From an uncultured Acidobacteriaceae bacterium (GTDB lineage Bacteria; Acidobacteriota; Terriglobia; Terriglobales; Acidobacteriaceae), in the NCBI GenBank assembly GCA_963779995.1, contig CAVZZY010000002.1:278835-342834 (forward strand): a DNA stretch of 64,000 nucleotides, in the 5' to 3' direction. The notes under the pieces were generated by a model that was not told the origin of the DNA, searched no databases, and saw nothing but the letters and a program-made list of their open reading frames with translations. Made by a program: the position numbers and the translations under genes. Below, one piece after another: positions 8,299 to 17,710 of this stretch (position 1 is its first letter; each line of letters starts with the position of its first letter).

Positions 8299-10366
8299 AT
8301 GCCTATTCGGAATTCGACCACCGGCGAAATTCTGCGTTCCTACAGCATTGACGAACTGAAACAGCAGGCTACATTGATGAGGGGCTACAACCTCGCCGTG
8401 CTGTACGCAGCCACGTCCGGGCACGCCGGCGGTACGCTCTCCATCATGGACATCGCCGCCGCGCTCTATCTTCGCGTCGCCGACCACGATCCCAAGAACC
8501 CCAACTGGCCCGACCGCGATCGCATCGTCTGGTCGACGGGCCACAAAGCGCCCAGCCTCTATCTCGGCCTAGCCTTCGCAGGCTTCTGTCCGAAAGAAGA
8601 TGTCGCGCTCCTGCGCAAGCTCTATTCCCCCTATCAGGGGCATCCGCACTGGCTCAAACTACCCGGCGTAGAGGTTTCCACCGGGTCGCTAGGCCAGGGC
8701 CTGAGCATAGCCGTAGGCATGGCGCTAGCCGCCAAGCTGGACAAGAAAAATCACCACGTCTTCTGCCTCATGGGAGACGGCGAGCAGCAGGAGGGCCAAA
8801 TCTGGGAAGCCGCGATGGAAGCGGGCCACTTCAAGCTAGACAATCTGGTAGGCATCATAGATCGCAACCGCCTCCAGATCGACGGCTGGGTAAAGGACGT
8901 AATGAACGTCGAACCTCTCGAAGAAAAATATCGCAGCTTCGGATGGGAAGTCCTAACCATCAACGGCCACGACATGAAGCAGGTAGTCGAAGCGCTGGAG
9001 AATGCCAAAGCAAAAGCCGGTTCCGGCAAACCCACCGTAATCATCGCCGACACCGTCAAGGGCAAAGGCGTCAGCTTCATGGAAAACATTGCCGGATGGC
9101 ACGGCAAAGCACCCAACCTCGAAGAGCTAAACCAAGCCTTGAAGGAACTAGGTCTAGAAGGCCAGATTCCTGTCGAGCAGCTCTTCGCCCACGCCAAACA
9201 ATACCAAGCCGAGGTCGAGCGCAAACTGGACGCCAAGATGCCTAAGTTCCACCGCAACTACTGGTGGAACGCCGCCGAAAACATGAAAGTGCAGATGAAG
9301 CCCACCCGCCTGGGCTTCGGCCAGTCGCTGGCCGCCAACGGCGACGATCCGCGCATCGTTTGCTTTGGACTCGACATCTCCGGCTCCATCACCATCAGCG
9401 AGTTTTACGCCGGTAAGCCCGAGCGCAAATCGCGCTGGATCAGCATGGGTATCGCCGAGCAATCCGCCACCTCAGCCGCTGCCGGCCTAGCCAAAGAAGG
9501 GCAAACTTCCCGTTTTCGGCACCTATGCAACCTTCGCCGCCGCCCGCAATCTCGACCAGATCCGCACCTCGATCTGCTATGGCAATTTCAACGTCCTGAT
9601 CGCCGGAGCCCACGGCGGCGTCAGCGTCGGCCCCGACGGTGCAACGCACCAAGCCCTCGAAGACCTGTTCGCCATGTGCGGACTGCCCAACATGAACGTG
9701 GTCGTCCCCTGCGACATGGTCGAAACTCGCAAAGCCACTGACTATCTCCTGCTAAAGCACGTAGGCCCAAAATATATTCGCTTCGCCCGCGAAGCGACGC
9801 CCATCGTCACCGACGAGAAAACGCCCTTCGTCTTCGGCAAAGCCAACGTGATTCGCCTGCGTCGCGAGGCTGCGAATTTCATCGAAGCCTTCGAGACTAA
9901 ACTGGAATCCGAATACCGCGACGAACACGAAGACCTCACCATCATCGCCTGCGGTCCCATGGTGCCTGAGGCCATGCGAGCTGCCTGGATCCTGAAGTCT
10001 GACTTCGGCTACGAAACCCGAGTCCTAAACTTGCACACCCTCAAGCCGCTCGATACCGAAGCCATCGTGCGAGCCGCCCGCGACACCAGCGTCGTCCTGA
10101 CCGCCGAAGAGCACCAGATCGGCGCGCTGGCGTGGCCAGTCGCCAATGCCATCACCCAGTCGCCCGCGCTCTACGGCATCCCCACCATCACCGGCGCCAT
10201 CGGAGTAAAAGACCGCTTCGGAGATTCCGGCGCGCCCTGGGAGCTAATCAAGGAGTTCGAAGTCTCCGCCGAACACATCGCCGCCAAAGCAGTGGAACTG
10301 ATCGGGGTGAAGAAATCCCGCTCCGGGGAGCCGATGTCCGAAGTGCATTTGGTGGGGACAAAGTAG
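8299..10366 (+). pseudogene. Transketolase-family enzyme with fused N- and C-terminal halves, interrupted by one +1 frameshift or sequence error
   Basis: ATG at 8299 follows AAGGAG. TPP-binding region GHAGGTLS...GSLGQGLS...GDGEQQEG. The frame changes near 9499-9502: ...AAAGLAKEG | KLPVFGTYATFAAARNLDQIR...GPDGATHQALEDL... Confidence 0.85.
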
Positions 10367-10370
10367 AGTA

Positions 10371-10399
10371 TCGACATTGTAGATACCATGGGCTATACT
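10371..10399 (+). promoter_or_regulatory. Candidate sigma70 promoter of mazEF (TCGACA-N17-TATACT)
   Basis: -35 at 10371-10376 and -10 at 10394-10399, with exact 17-nt spacing, 27 nt upstream of the mazE ATG. The short dyad GTATC-N9-GATAC overlaps the -35. Confidence 0.45.
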
Positions 10400-10425
10400 G
10401 TGTATTATTCAGAAGGGAGCCCTTC

Positions 10426-10674
10426 ATGAAGACACAGATGGTCAAATGGGGCAATAGCCTAGCTGTGCGCATTCCCAAGCCCGTGGTTGAGGAAGCCAAG
10501 CTGAAGGAAGGCGATGCGCTGGAGATCGAAGCCGCCGCCGAGGGCCACGTCGAACTGCGCCGGCCAACGAAGATTCCCACCCTGTCGCAGCTCGTTTCCC
10601 AGATCACTCCAGAGAATCGCTACGCCGAGATTTCAACTGGCGCGGAAGTAGGGAAGGAAGTTGTGGAATGGTGA
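10426..10674 (+). CDS. mazE: AbrB/MazE/SpoVT-family antitoxin
   Basis: MKTQMVKWGNSLAVRIPKPVVEEAKLKEGDALEIE is the classic looped-hinge-helix (SpoVT/AbrB) motif. GGGAG lies 6 nt upstream of the ATG. Confidence 0.85.
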   Translation: MKTQMVKWGNSLAVRIPKPVVEEAKLKEGDALEIEAAAEGHVELRRPTKIPTLSQLVSQITPENRYAEISTGAEVGKEVVEW

Positions 10675-10675
10675 C

Positions 10676-11017
10676 ATGGTGACTCCCTACGTTCCGGAAG
10701 CCGGTGACATCGTGATGATGGATTTCGATCCGCAGGTCGGCCGCGAACAGGCCAAGCGGCGTCCCGCACTGGTGCTTACCGATCAGCGCTACAACCGTGC
10801 CAGTGGCCTGGCCATAGTTTGCCCACTCACGAGCAAGCGCAAACCCTACCCCTTCGCCCTGCCCATCACCGTTGACCAGGTAGATGGCTCAGTTCTCGTC
10901 GATCAGTTGAAGAGCATGGATTGGGCTGGCCGCAAAGCGAAATTTCACTCCAAGTCTGAACCCGCGTTAGCAGGCAAAGTGCGGCAGTATGTCGCTGTTC
11001 TGCTCGGGCTTCGCTGA
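10676..11017 (+). CDS. mazF: PemK/MazF-family endoribonuclease toxin
   Basis: MVTPYVPEAGDIVMMDFDPQVGREQAKRRPALVLT...AIVCPLTSK...DQLKSMDW. The start sits 1 nt after the mazE stop. An alternative TTG start lies at 10661. Confidence 0.88.
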   Translation: MVTPYVPEAGDIVMMDFDPQVGREQAKRRPALVLTDQRYNRASGLAIVCPLTSKRKPYPFALPITVDQVDGSVLVDQLKSMDWAGRKAKFHSKSEPALAGKVRQYVAVLLGLR

Positions 11018-11116
11018 CAAGAGTCGCGATTTTCGCGGAACGACTGCGGCTTAGGCGGTCAAGCCCGTTTGCCTCTCCCCAGTCGCGAATGGTAAAACCC
11101 TCCCGAGGGCACGCCC

Positions 11117-13957
11117 GTGAAAAAGTTCGCGAAGAAGACCGCCGCTATCTCCCTCCTCGCTCTTTCCGCGCTGCTCGTAGTGTTTATGGTGGCCCGCGCC
11201 GCCGACCGTTTGCGCCGCATCAACCTGCCGACCAGCAAGAGCCTGACCCTCCCCGTCCCGGGATACCTAGCCCGCACCAACAGCTTTCCCGCGACTATCG
11301 CCCTCAGTCCCGACGGCCGCTACGCCGCGCTGCTCAATCAGGGCTACGGCACCGAGGAGAGTGGCGCGCGCCAATCCATCGCCATTCTCGATCTCAGCAA
11401 CAACCAGTTGCACGATTTTCCCGACGATCGCCTGAGCGACGACTACTCCACGCACCAAAGTTATTTCATCGGCCTCGCTTTCAGCAGCGACGGCAAGCAT
11501 CTCTATGCCTCGATGGGCTCGATCACCGATCCGACGGGCGAGAAGCCAACGAGCACCGGCAACGGCATCGCGGTGTATAGGTTCACAGCCGGCGAAGTCA
11601 CTCCCGAGCGTTTCCTCAAGATCCCGCCCCAACCCATCGCCGAAGGTAAAGAAGTAGCATTCGGCCTGCGCAAAACTCCTGTTGGAACCGCACTCCCATA
11701 CCCCGCGGGCCTAGCCGTGCTTCCAGGTCTCAAAGGCGACCGCCTGCTCATCGCCAATAATCTTTCCGACAATGTCGTGCTGCTGGACGTCACCTCCGGG
11801 CAAATTGAAAAGTCGTTCGCGCTACGGCGCAAAAAATTCGATCGCGGCCGTTTTATCCCCACCGAATATCCGTACACAGTGATCGCCAACAAAGCCGGAA
11901 CCAAAGCGTGGGTCAGCCTGTGGAATAGCTCTGCGATTGTGGAATTGGATTTAGAGACCGGCGATGTATCCCGATCCACGCGGATTGGTCTGTGGAAACA
12001 TGATGACCCCATCGCTCCCAGCCCGCATCCCACAGCGATGCTGCTGAGCCCCAATGAAGACACCCTCTATGTGGCTCTCGCCAACGCCGATGTCGTGGCA
12101 GCCGTCGATCTCAGAGTCGTCGATCAGGCCTATACCCCTTATCACACCAATTTCAAAGACCCCGGATCCGTCCTCCAAGCCATCGCCCTTTCACCCGACG
12201 GCAAGTATCTCTACGCGGCCAGCGCCTCGCTCGACGCCGTCGCCGTGTTCGCGGTCAAGGAGCTGCCAAAAATGACCGCCGGTGGCCATAGCATCAAGGA
12301 AATACCAGATGAAGAACCGATAGGCTATATCCCCACCGAGTGGTACCCCAGCGCCCTAGCCGTCGCCGGCAACGATCTCCTAATCGCCACCGCCAAAGGA
12401 GAAAGCAGCGGCCCCAACAACATGCAGGCCAAGCTGGAAGGCGAGCGCAAAAGAAAACATCCCTACATTCCCACCCTGATCGGCGGCTCCATCCAACGCC
12501 TCGGCCTGGTCGATATCGACAAGAATCTAGCCGCCTACACCCGCCAGGTTGAAGAGGACAATCTGGTCCACTCCGACGGCGGCAAGCTCATCTTCGCCCG
12601 CGGAAGCAATCCCATCCGCCACGTGATCTATGTGCTAAAGGAAAATCGCACCTACGATCAGATCTTCGGCGATCTGCCGGTAGGCGACGGCGACGCATCG
12701 CTGACCATGTATGGCAAAGAAATCACGCCCAACCAGCACAAACTCGCGCTGCAATTCGGAGTGCTCGACAACTTCTACGACAGCGGAGAAGTTTCCGGAG
12801 ACGGCCATCTCTGGTCCACCGCCGCCACCACCTCCGACTACAACGAGAAAACCTGGCCCATCAACTATCGGAACAAAGAACGAACCTACGACTTCGGCGG
12901 CAGCGTGGCCGAGGAATTGCCGCTCGAGCAGGGCATCCCCGACGTCGACGACCCCGCCACCGGCTTCCTCTGGGACAACCTCGCCCGCCGCGGTCTCACC
13001 TATCGCATCTACGGAGAATTCATCGCTGCCGTGTGGTGCAAAAGCCAAGAAGCGAAATCGCCGAAAGCGAGATCGCCGAAAGAAGGAACGCCGTCTCCCA
13101 GTGCCGCAACGTGCCCAGCTTCCGAAATTAAGCAAGGCGATCCACTGCCCGCGAACGTCGGCAACCCGCGCGGTGGCCCGAGCCCCTGGCCTTGGGCAAT
13201 TCCGCAGATGAAGCGCATGCGCCCAACGAAAGCCGCGCTGCGCGATCACTACGATCCGCAATTTCCCGACTTCAACACCGACTATCCCGACCAACTCCGC
13301 GCCGACGAATTCCTCCGCGAGTTCGACGAGTTCGTGAAGGCGAAGGGAAGCGCCAGGGAACTTCCGCAGTTCATCCTCCTCTACCTGCCCGACGACCACA
13401 CCCAAGGTACGCGCCCCGGCAAACCCACGCCGCGAGCCCAAGTCGCTGACAACGATCTGGCGTTAGGTCGCGTAGTCGATGCCGTTTCCCACAGCCCCTA
13501 CTGGGACGACACCGCCATTTTCGTGGTCGAAGACGACGCCCAGGACGGCGCCGATCACATCGATGCCCATCGATCCACTGCTCTGGTCATCAGCAAGTAC
13601 GCGCCCCATCCGCCGCAAACCTTTGTCGACCATCGCTTCTACACGACCGTCAGCCTGATCCACACCATGGAAGTTCTACTTGGCCTGCCGCCGATGAATC
13701 TGTTCGATGCACACGCCCCGCTCATGTCGCCTCTGTTCTCCGGCCCGGGAACGCAGCCGCCCTTTCAGGCCGACGACCAGAATCTGCGCAGCGGGCTCAT
13801 CTATAAAGTGAACCAAAGGAATGCGGTGGGCGCCAGGGAATCATCGCTGATGAATTTCTCCCGGCCCGATGCGGCCGATGCGAAAAAGCTAAATGCGATC
13901 CTGTGGCAGGATGCCAAAGGCGACGTCCCAATGCCAACCAGAGAGCGCAGACCCTGA
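11117..13957 (+). CDS. Secreted fusion protein: YncE/lactonase-like beta-propeller plus C-terminal phosphoesterase (phospholipase C/acid phosphatase family) domain
   Basis: 946 aa with a signal-anchor N-terminus. Repeated SPDG+Y(A/L) propeller blades. The C-terminal half has VIYVLKENRTYDQIFGDL and VVEDDAQDGADHIDAHRS, which are phosphoesterase-family motifs. Confidence 0.8.
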   Translation: MKKFAKKTAAISLLALSALLVVFMVARAADRLRRINLPTSKSLTLPVPGYLARTNSFPATIALSPDGRYAALLNQGYGTEESGARQSIAILDLSNNQLHDFPDDRLSDDYSTHQSYFIGLAFSSDGKHLYASMGSITDPTGEKPTSTGNGIAVYRFTAGEVTPERFLKIPPQPIAEGKEVAFGLRKTPVGTALPYPAGLAVLPGLKGDRLLIANNLSDNVVLLDVTSGQIEKSFALRRKKFDRGRFIPTEYPYTVIANKAGTKAWVSLWNSSAIVELDLETGDVSRSTRIGLWKHDDPIAPSPHPTAMLLSPNEDTLYVALANADVVAAVDLRVVDQAYTPYHTNFKDPGSVLQAIALSPDGKYLYAASASLDAVAVFAVKELPKMTAGGHSIKEIPDEEPIGYIPTEWYPSALAVAGNDLLIATAKGESSGPNNMQAKLEGERKRKHPYIPTLIGGSIQRLGLVDIDKNLAAYTRQVEEDNLVHSDGGKLIFARGSNPIRHVIYVLKENRTYDQIFGDLPVGDGDASLTMYGKEITPNQHKLALQFGVLDNFYDSGEVSGDGHLWSTAATTSDYNEKTWPINYRNKERTYDFGGSVAEELPLEQGIPDVDDPATGFLWDNLARRGLTYRIYGEFIAAVWCKSQEAKSPKARSPKEGTPSPSAATCPASEIKQGDPLPANVGNPRGGPSPWPWAIPQMKRMRPTKAALRDHYDPQFPDFNTDYPDQLRADEFLREFDEFVKAKGSARELPQFILLYLPDDHTQGTRPGKPTPRAQVADNDLALGRVVDAVSHSPYWDDTAIFVVEDDAQDGADHIDAHRSTALVISKYAPHPPQTFVDHRFYTTVSLIHTMEVLLGLPPMNLFDAHAPLMSPLFSGPGTQPPFQADDQNLRSGLIYKVNQRNAVGARESSLMNFSRPDAADAKKLNAILWQDAKGDVPMPTRERRP

Positions 13958-13967
13958 AGAAAATTAC

Positions 13968-14011
13968 GTAGGGATGGCCGCCCTCGGCCGTCCAGCGGAG
14001 CGCCGCTCCGC
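13968..14011. repeat. REP-like GC palindromes (family A relative)
   Basis: GGATGGCCG-CCCT-CGGCCGTCC followed by GCGGAGCG-CCGCTCCGC, directly after the stop at 13957. Confidence 0.7.
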
Positions 14012-14043
14012 AACGCCCCAGCAAGCTAAGCTACAATCTGCTC

Positions 14044-15015
14044 GTGGGTTCCCCGATCGTGTGCACCAACCTGCGCAAGACCTACGACGGCAAAGTCGAA
14101 GCCGTCCGCGGCCTGAGCCTGCAAATCGAAGCCGGCCAGTGCTTCGGACTGCTCGGCCCCAACGGAGCAGGGAAAACCACCACCATAGAAATCCTCGAAG
14201 GCCTGCTCGCGCCCACCTCCGGAGAGGTCCGCATCTTCGGCCACACCTGGAACGACAACCCGCGCCAATTGCGCGAGTGGATCGGAATCTCGTTGCAGGA
14301 AACGCGCCTCTCGGAAAAACTGTCCGCCCGCGAAACCATCGAACTCTTCGCCAGCTTCTACAGCGAACCGCGCCCTGCCGACGACATCCTAGAAGAACTC
14401 CAGCTCACCGAAAAAGCCGACGCCTGGGTAGGCAAGCTTTCCGGCGGCCAGAAACAGCGCTTAGCCGTAGCCACCGCGCTCGTGGGCAATCCCCGCATTC
14501 TTTTTCTCGACGAGCCCACCACCGGACTCGATCCCCAAAGCCGCCGCCAGCTTTGGGACATCGTCCGCGCCTTCCAGAAAAAAGGCGGCACCGTGCTGCT
14601 CACCACTCATTACATGGACGAGGCCGAGCGCCTCTGCGACCGTCTAGCCATAGTCGATCACGGCCAGATCATCGCCGAAGGCACTCCTGTAGATCTCATC
14701 GACCGCCTCGGCGGCCATCACGTGGTCGAGTTCCAGGTGAGCCATGCCAATAAGAACAACAACGGAAACGCGGACAACAACAACGACAACGACGATGACA
14801 ATATTGCCCGCTGGCGATCGCTGCCCAGCGTGGAGTCCGTCCGTCGCGAGGATTCAACCGTCCTCCTAAGTGTCCGCGAGCCCCATCTAACTATCCCCGC
14901 TCTTCTGGATGCGGTAACCAACGACGGCCATCAACTCAAACACCTCAGCACGCGCCAGGCCAGCCTCGAAGACGTCTTCGTGCAACTCACCGGGCGCCAC
15001 CTGCGAGAAGATTGA
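14044..15015 (+). CDS. ABC transporter ATP-binding protein (ABC-2/DrrA-like)
   Basis: Walker A GPNGAGKTT, signature LSGGQKQRL, Walker B ILFLDEPTTGLD. The C-terminal regulatory domain carries an Asn/Asp-rich insert. Confidence 0.92.
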   Translation: MGSPIVCTNLRKTYDGKVEAVRGLSLQIEAGQCFGLLGPNGAGKTTTIEILEGLLAPTSGEVRIFGHTWNDNPRQLREWIGISLQETRLSEKLSARETIELFASFYSEPRPADDILEELQLTEKADAWVGKLSGGQKQRLAVATALVGNPRILFLDEPTTGLDPQSRRQLWDIVRAFQKKGGTVLLTTHYMDEAERLCDRLAIVDHGQIIAEGTPVDLIDRLGGHHVVEFQVSHANKNNNGNADNNNDNDDDNIARWRSLPSVESVRREDSTVLLSVREPHLTIPALLDAVTNDGHQLKHLSTRQASLEDVFVQLTGRHLRED

Positions 15016-15159
15016 ATGGCAACCACAGAAACCCACGCGCCGAACCTCCACGCTGATAACAATCAGCCGCCGCAGCCCATTTCTCCCGCGCGCCGGGTCT
15101 CGATCATTATGCCGAGCTTGGAAGGCTACAGAAAAGGGCCGTCGACGGCCTGTACCTAA
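15016..15159 (+). pseudogene. 47-codon ORF abutting the ABC ATPase stop (TGAATG); possible remnant of the missing ABC-2 permease
   Basis: The ATG immediately follows the ATPase TGA, the usual coupling seen in ABC operons. The ORF ends after MATTETHAPNLHADNNQPPQPISPARRVSIIMPSLEGYRKGPSTACT. No hydrophobic permease-like sequence appears in any frame downstream. Confidence 0.3.
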
Positions 15160-15891
15160 AGGTGCTGCAGGCGATGAGCGGACTACCATAAGGACTTTCC
15201 GGACCAGCACGCGGGCTGCGGAGCCCGCGCGCGTGGCCCGTCCAAGCTCCGCTTGGGCGGGTCCTTTGCCTTTTTTCATCACAAACGCCCGGGCCACGCG
15301 TCACAGACAACCACCCCGCCATACGCGACAATAGGAACTTGATAGACGCAGCCAGAAGTGTGCCCGTCTCCCAAGACGGCCCGCGAGGCTGCCCCAAACC
15401 CATTTTCAGAGATCTTTGACAACCTAAGTTGAGGCGTTTAGCGGGCGTGAGCGAAGCGGGAGCCGCTGCCGAAATCCTAAGCGAAGCGAATGGATCTCGT
15501 AAGTCATTGGTTCTCAAAGACCTTAGCTGTAACTCCTTTAAAGTCAAAGATCTGGCCGGAATTTCCTCCTAACCCTATGATTCCAATAGCAAGGGGGGGA
15601 GGGGGGTACCGGTACCCACTGGTTACTACCTTCGGAGTTAATAGACGCAAATGACGAGAATGAGGTTTGGGGAGCAGCGCCGCTCGGCTCGATTTCGCCG
15701 ATGCGATTTGTGCGTTTTCTGCCCGTCGCACGGGCGACTCCGAAACGAACCTCAGCCGGCACCCGCAGTGAAAATAACGGGTAACTTTCAGGCGCGAGCC
15801 GGCGTCCAAACAAATGGAGAACTCCATCGGTCCCGACTTGCGATCGGGGCTATAATGCTGTCAACCGACCGGGTTTCTGCGGGGTATCAAA
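15160..15891. other. ORF-free, hairpin-rich intergenic region of about 0.73 kb, partly AT-richer
   Basis: All ORFs here are Arg/Pro-rich shadows. Hairpins lie at 15137-15151, 15207-15238, 15237-15261 and 15363-15378. There is a G7-A-G6 tract followed by GGTACCGGTACC at 15593-15616. Confidence 0.55.
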
Positions 15892-17160
15892 ATGACGTAC
15901 CGTAAGTTGCTCCTCTCCCTGAGCCTGCTGGCGCTGATGGCAGTGTCGGCGCTGGCCCAGGATCAAACGTCCCAGACCCCAAGCGCGCAGCCTCAGGCAT
16001 CGCAGCCGCAAGCCTCAAAAGATCAAACGGCGCAGCCGCAGAGCACGCAGCCCTCCCCCCCCTCAACAACCGATGCAACGCCAGCTCCGCCGCAGGATCC
16101 CTCGGCCAGCACTGGCTCAACTCCGCCTGCGGACAGTTCTTCGAGCAGCAGTGCCGGCAGCAACCCTGCCCCTAGCGGGCCGCCTCCCGTCCAGGAACCC
16201 GACCCCAGCAAAGTCAAGCACGATGGCGGCGAGGACGATGTGGACGCCATCGGCAACCGTAAGATCGGCGGGCGCGGCTTGGGCGACTGGTATTCGCTCG
16301 AAACCGAAATCAGGATGGGTAAGCAATACGCGATGATGGTCGAAAATAGCGTAAAGCTGGTTCCGGACCCGGTGGTGAACGAGTACGTCAACCGCATTGG
16401 CCAGAACTTGGTGCGCAATTCCGACGCAAAGGTCCCGTTCACCATCAAGGTCATCGACTCCGACGAAATCAACGCGTTTGCGCTCCCCGGTGGATTTTTC
16501 TACGTGAACTCCGGTCTGATTCTGGCGGCCGACGAAGAGGCCGAACTGGCCGGTGTGATGGCGCATGAGATATCGCACGTTTGTGCCCGCCACGCGATGC
16601 GTCAGATGACGCGAGCAAATTTGGCGCAACTCGCCACCATTCCTCTGATCTTCGTTGGGGGTGGCATAGGCTACGGAATCTACGAAGCAAGTGGTCTGGC
16701 CTTGCCGCTCACGTTCATGAAGTTCCAGCGCAATTTCGAAGCGGAAGCCGACTACCTCGGCCTGCAATATATGTACAAGACGGGATACGATCCGCAGGCT
16801 TTCATCAGTTTCTTCGAAAAGATTCAGGCGAAAGAGAAGAAGAAACCGGGCACGATCGCCAAGGCGTTCGCTTCGCACCCGCAGACGCCCGACCGCATTG
16901 AGGCGTCGCAAAAGGAGATCGCGACCATCCTTCCGGCGCGCCCGCAATACATCGTCACCACCTCAGAGTTTGACGACGTGAAAGCGCGGCTGGCCATGAT
17001 TGAGAACCGGCACAAGATCATCGAAGAGAAGGATACGAACAAGCCCAGCCTGCGCCGCGCTTCAACCAGCGACAAGACATCCACGGGCTCGGGGTCGGAC
17101 ACGAGCGACGATGATCGCCCAACGCTAAAGCGCCGGGACGATACGAACCAGAATCAATAG
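15892..17160 (+). CDS. Secreted M48-family zinc metallopeptidase (BepA/YfgC-like) with a long Gln/Pro/Ser-rich N-terminal region
   Basis: Signal peptide, about 90 aa of QPQASQPQ low complexity, then INAFALPGGFFYVNSGL and the HEISHVCARH (HExxH) motif. Confidence 0.88.
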   Translation: MTYRKLLLSLSLLALMAVSALAQDQTSQTPSAQPQASQPQASKDQTAQPQSTQPSPPSTTDATPAPPQDPSASTGSTPPADSSSSSSAGSNPAPSGPPPVQEPDPSKVKHDGGEDDVDAIGNRKIGGRGLGDWYSLETEIRMGKQYAMMVENSVKLVPDPVVNEYVNRIGQNLVRNSDAKVPFTIKVIDSDEINAFALPGGFFYVNSGLILAADEEAELAGVMAHEISHVCARHAMRQMTRANLAQLATIPLIFVGGGIGYGIYEASGLALPLTFMKFQRNFEAEADYLGLQYMYKTGYDPQAFISFFEKIQAKEKKKPGTIAKAFASHPQTPDRIEASQKEIATILPARPQYIVTTSEFDDVKARLAMIENRHKIIEEKDTNKPSLRRASTSDKTSTGSGSDTSDDDRPTLKRRDDTNQNQ

Positions 17161-17187
17161 TAGCGTGAATTCAGAGACAACAGAAAA

Positions 17188-17212
17188 CCGGTGGGCCGCC
17201 CGCCGGTTTTTT
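17188..17212. terminator. Bidirectional rho-independent terminator between convergent genes
   Basis: AAAACCGGTGGGC-CGCCCGCCGGTTTTTT: a GC stem flanked by an A-run upstream and a T-run downstream. Confidence 0.7.
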
Positions 17213-17309
17213 ATTGACGTTAAGTTTCCGCTGTCATCTTAAGCGGCAGTCGAAGGGGAAGGGGAAAGACCTGCATATTTCGGCGGCTCGCTCAGGATTA
17301 CAGGGTGGG

Positions 17310-17660
17310 TTACGATCCCGCGGCCACCGACTTCACCGTGATCGTGGTGCCGTCCACTTCTCCGGTCACCTTTGCCTTCGCTCCGGCCAGATCGTTCAGC
17401 TTGTCGAGCGCGGCCTTATCCGAGGTCTCCAGGATGTAAACTTTGTCACCGACCACGAGCGCGTATTTCGATCCATGTTGGATGCAGCCGCGCGTGCAAT
17501 CCGCGGCCTTGCCGGGCATTTCATGTTTCGCCCCGCACATGGCGTCGCTCACTTCGCCGGTCAAGGTCTGGAGCTTACCCGCAGCCAGCGCTGGAACCGC
17601 CGTTAGCCCGACCAACATCTGCATCCCAAACACCGCAGTCGCAATTCGATTAACTTTCAT
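17310..17660 (-). CDS. Small secreted Cys-containing hypothetical protein
   Basis: MKVNRIATAVFGMQMLVGLTAVPALAAGK is a signal peptide. AGGAGG lies upstream of the ATG at 17660. The mature part has CGAKH...C..GC. The track ORF extends to 17708, but the internal ATG has the RBS. Confidence 0.65.
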   Translation of the reverse strand: MKVNRIATAVFGMQMLVGLTAVPALAAGKLQTLTGEVSDAMCGAKHEMPGKAADCTRGCIQHGSKYALVVGDKVYILETSDKAALDKLNDLAGAKAKVTGEVDGTTITVKSVAAGS

Positions 17661-17710
17661 CGTGCTTTGCCCTCCTGTGAAACAGCGTGACAGTTCAAAA
17701 GCTGCCACTC

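Noticed and set aside
15230-15554. Long-range complementarities (11 bp, 15230-15240 with 15290-15300; 12 bp, 15409-15420 with 15543-15554) as evidence for a large structured RNA or MITE ends
   Set aside because: A rough estimate is window length x 150-nt range x 4^-11 or 4^-12. This predicts about one such match by chance in 64 kb, so the matches are not significant on their own.
15100-15600. Known housekeeping ncRNA (RNase P RNA, SRP RNA, tmRNA) in the ORF-free region
   Set aside because: The minus strand has GGTCCGGAAAGTCC, which superficially recalls the RNase P GGAAAGTCCGG and SRP GGTCCGGAAGG blocks. The other universally conserved blocks are absent: the RNase P GGTGCGGTAAG-type region, the SRP AGCA side, and a tRNA-like T-arm with CCA for tmRNA.
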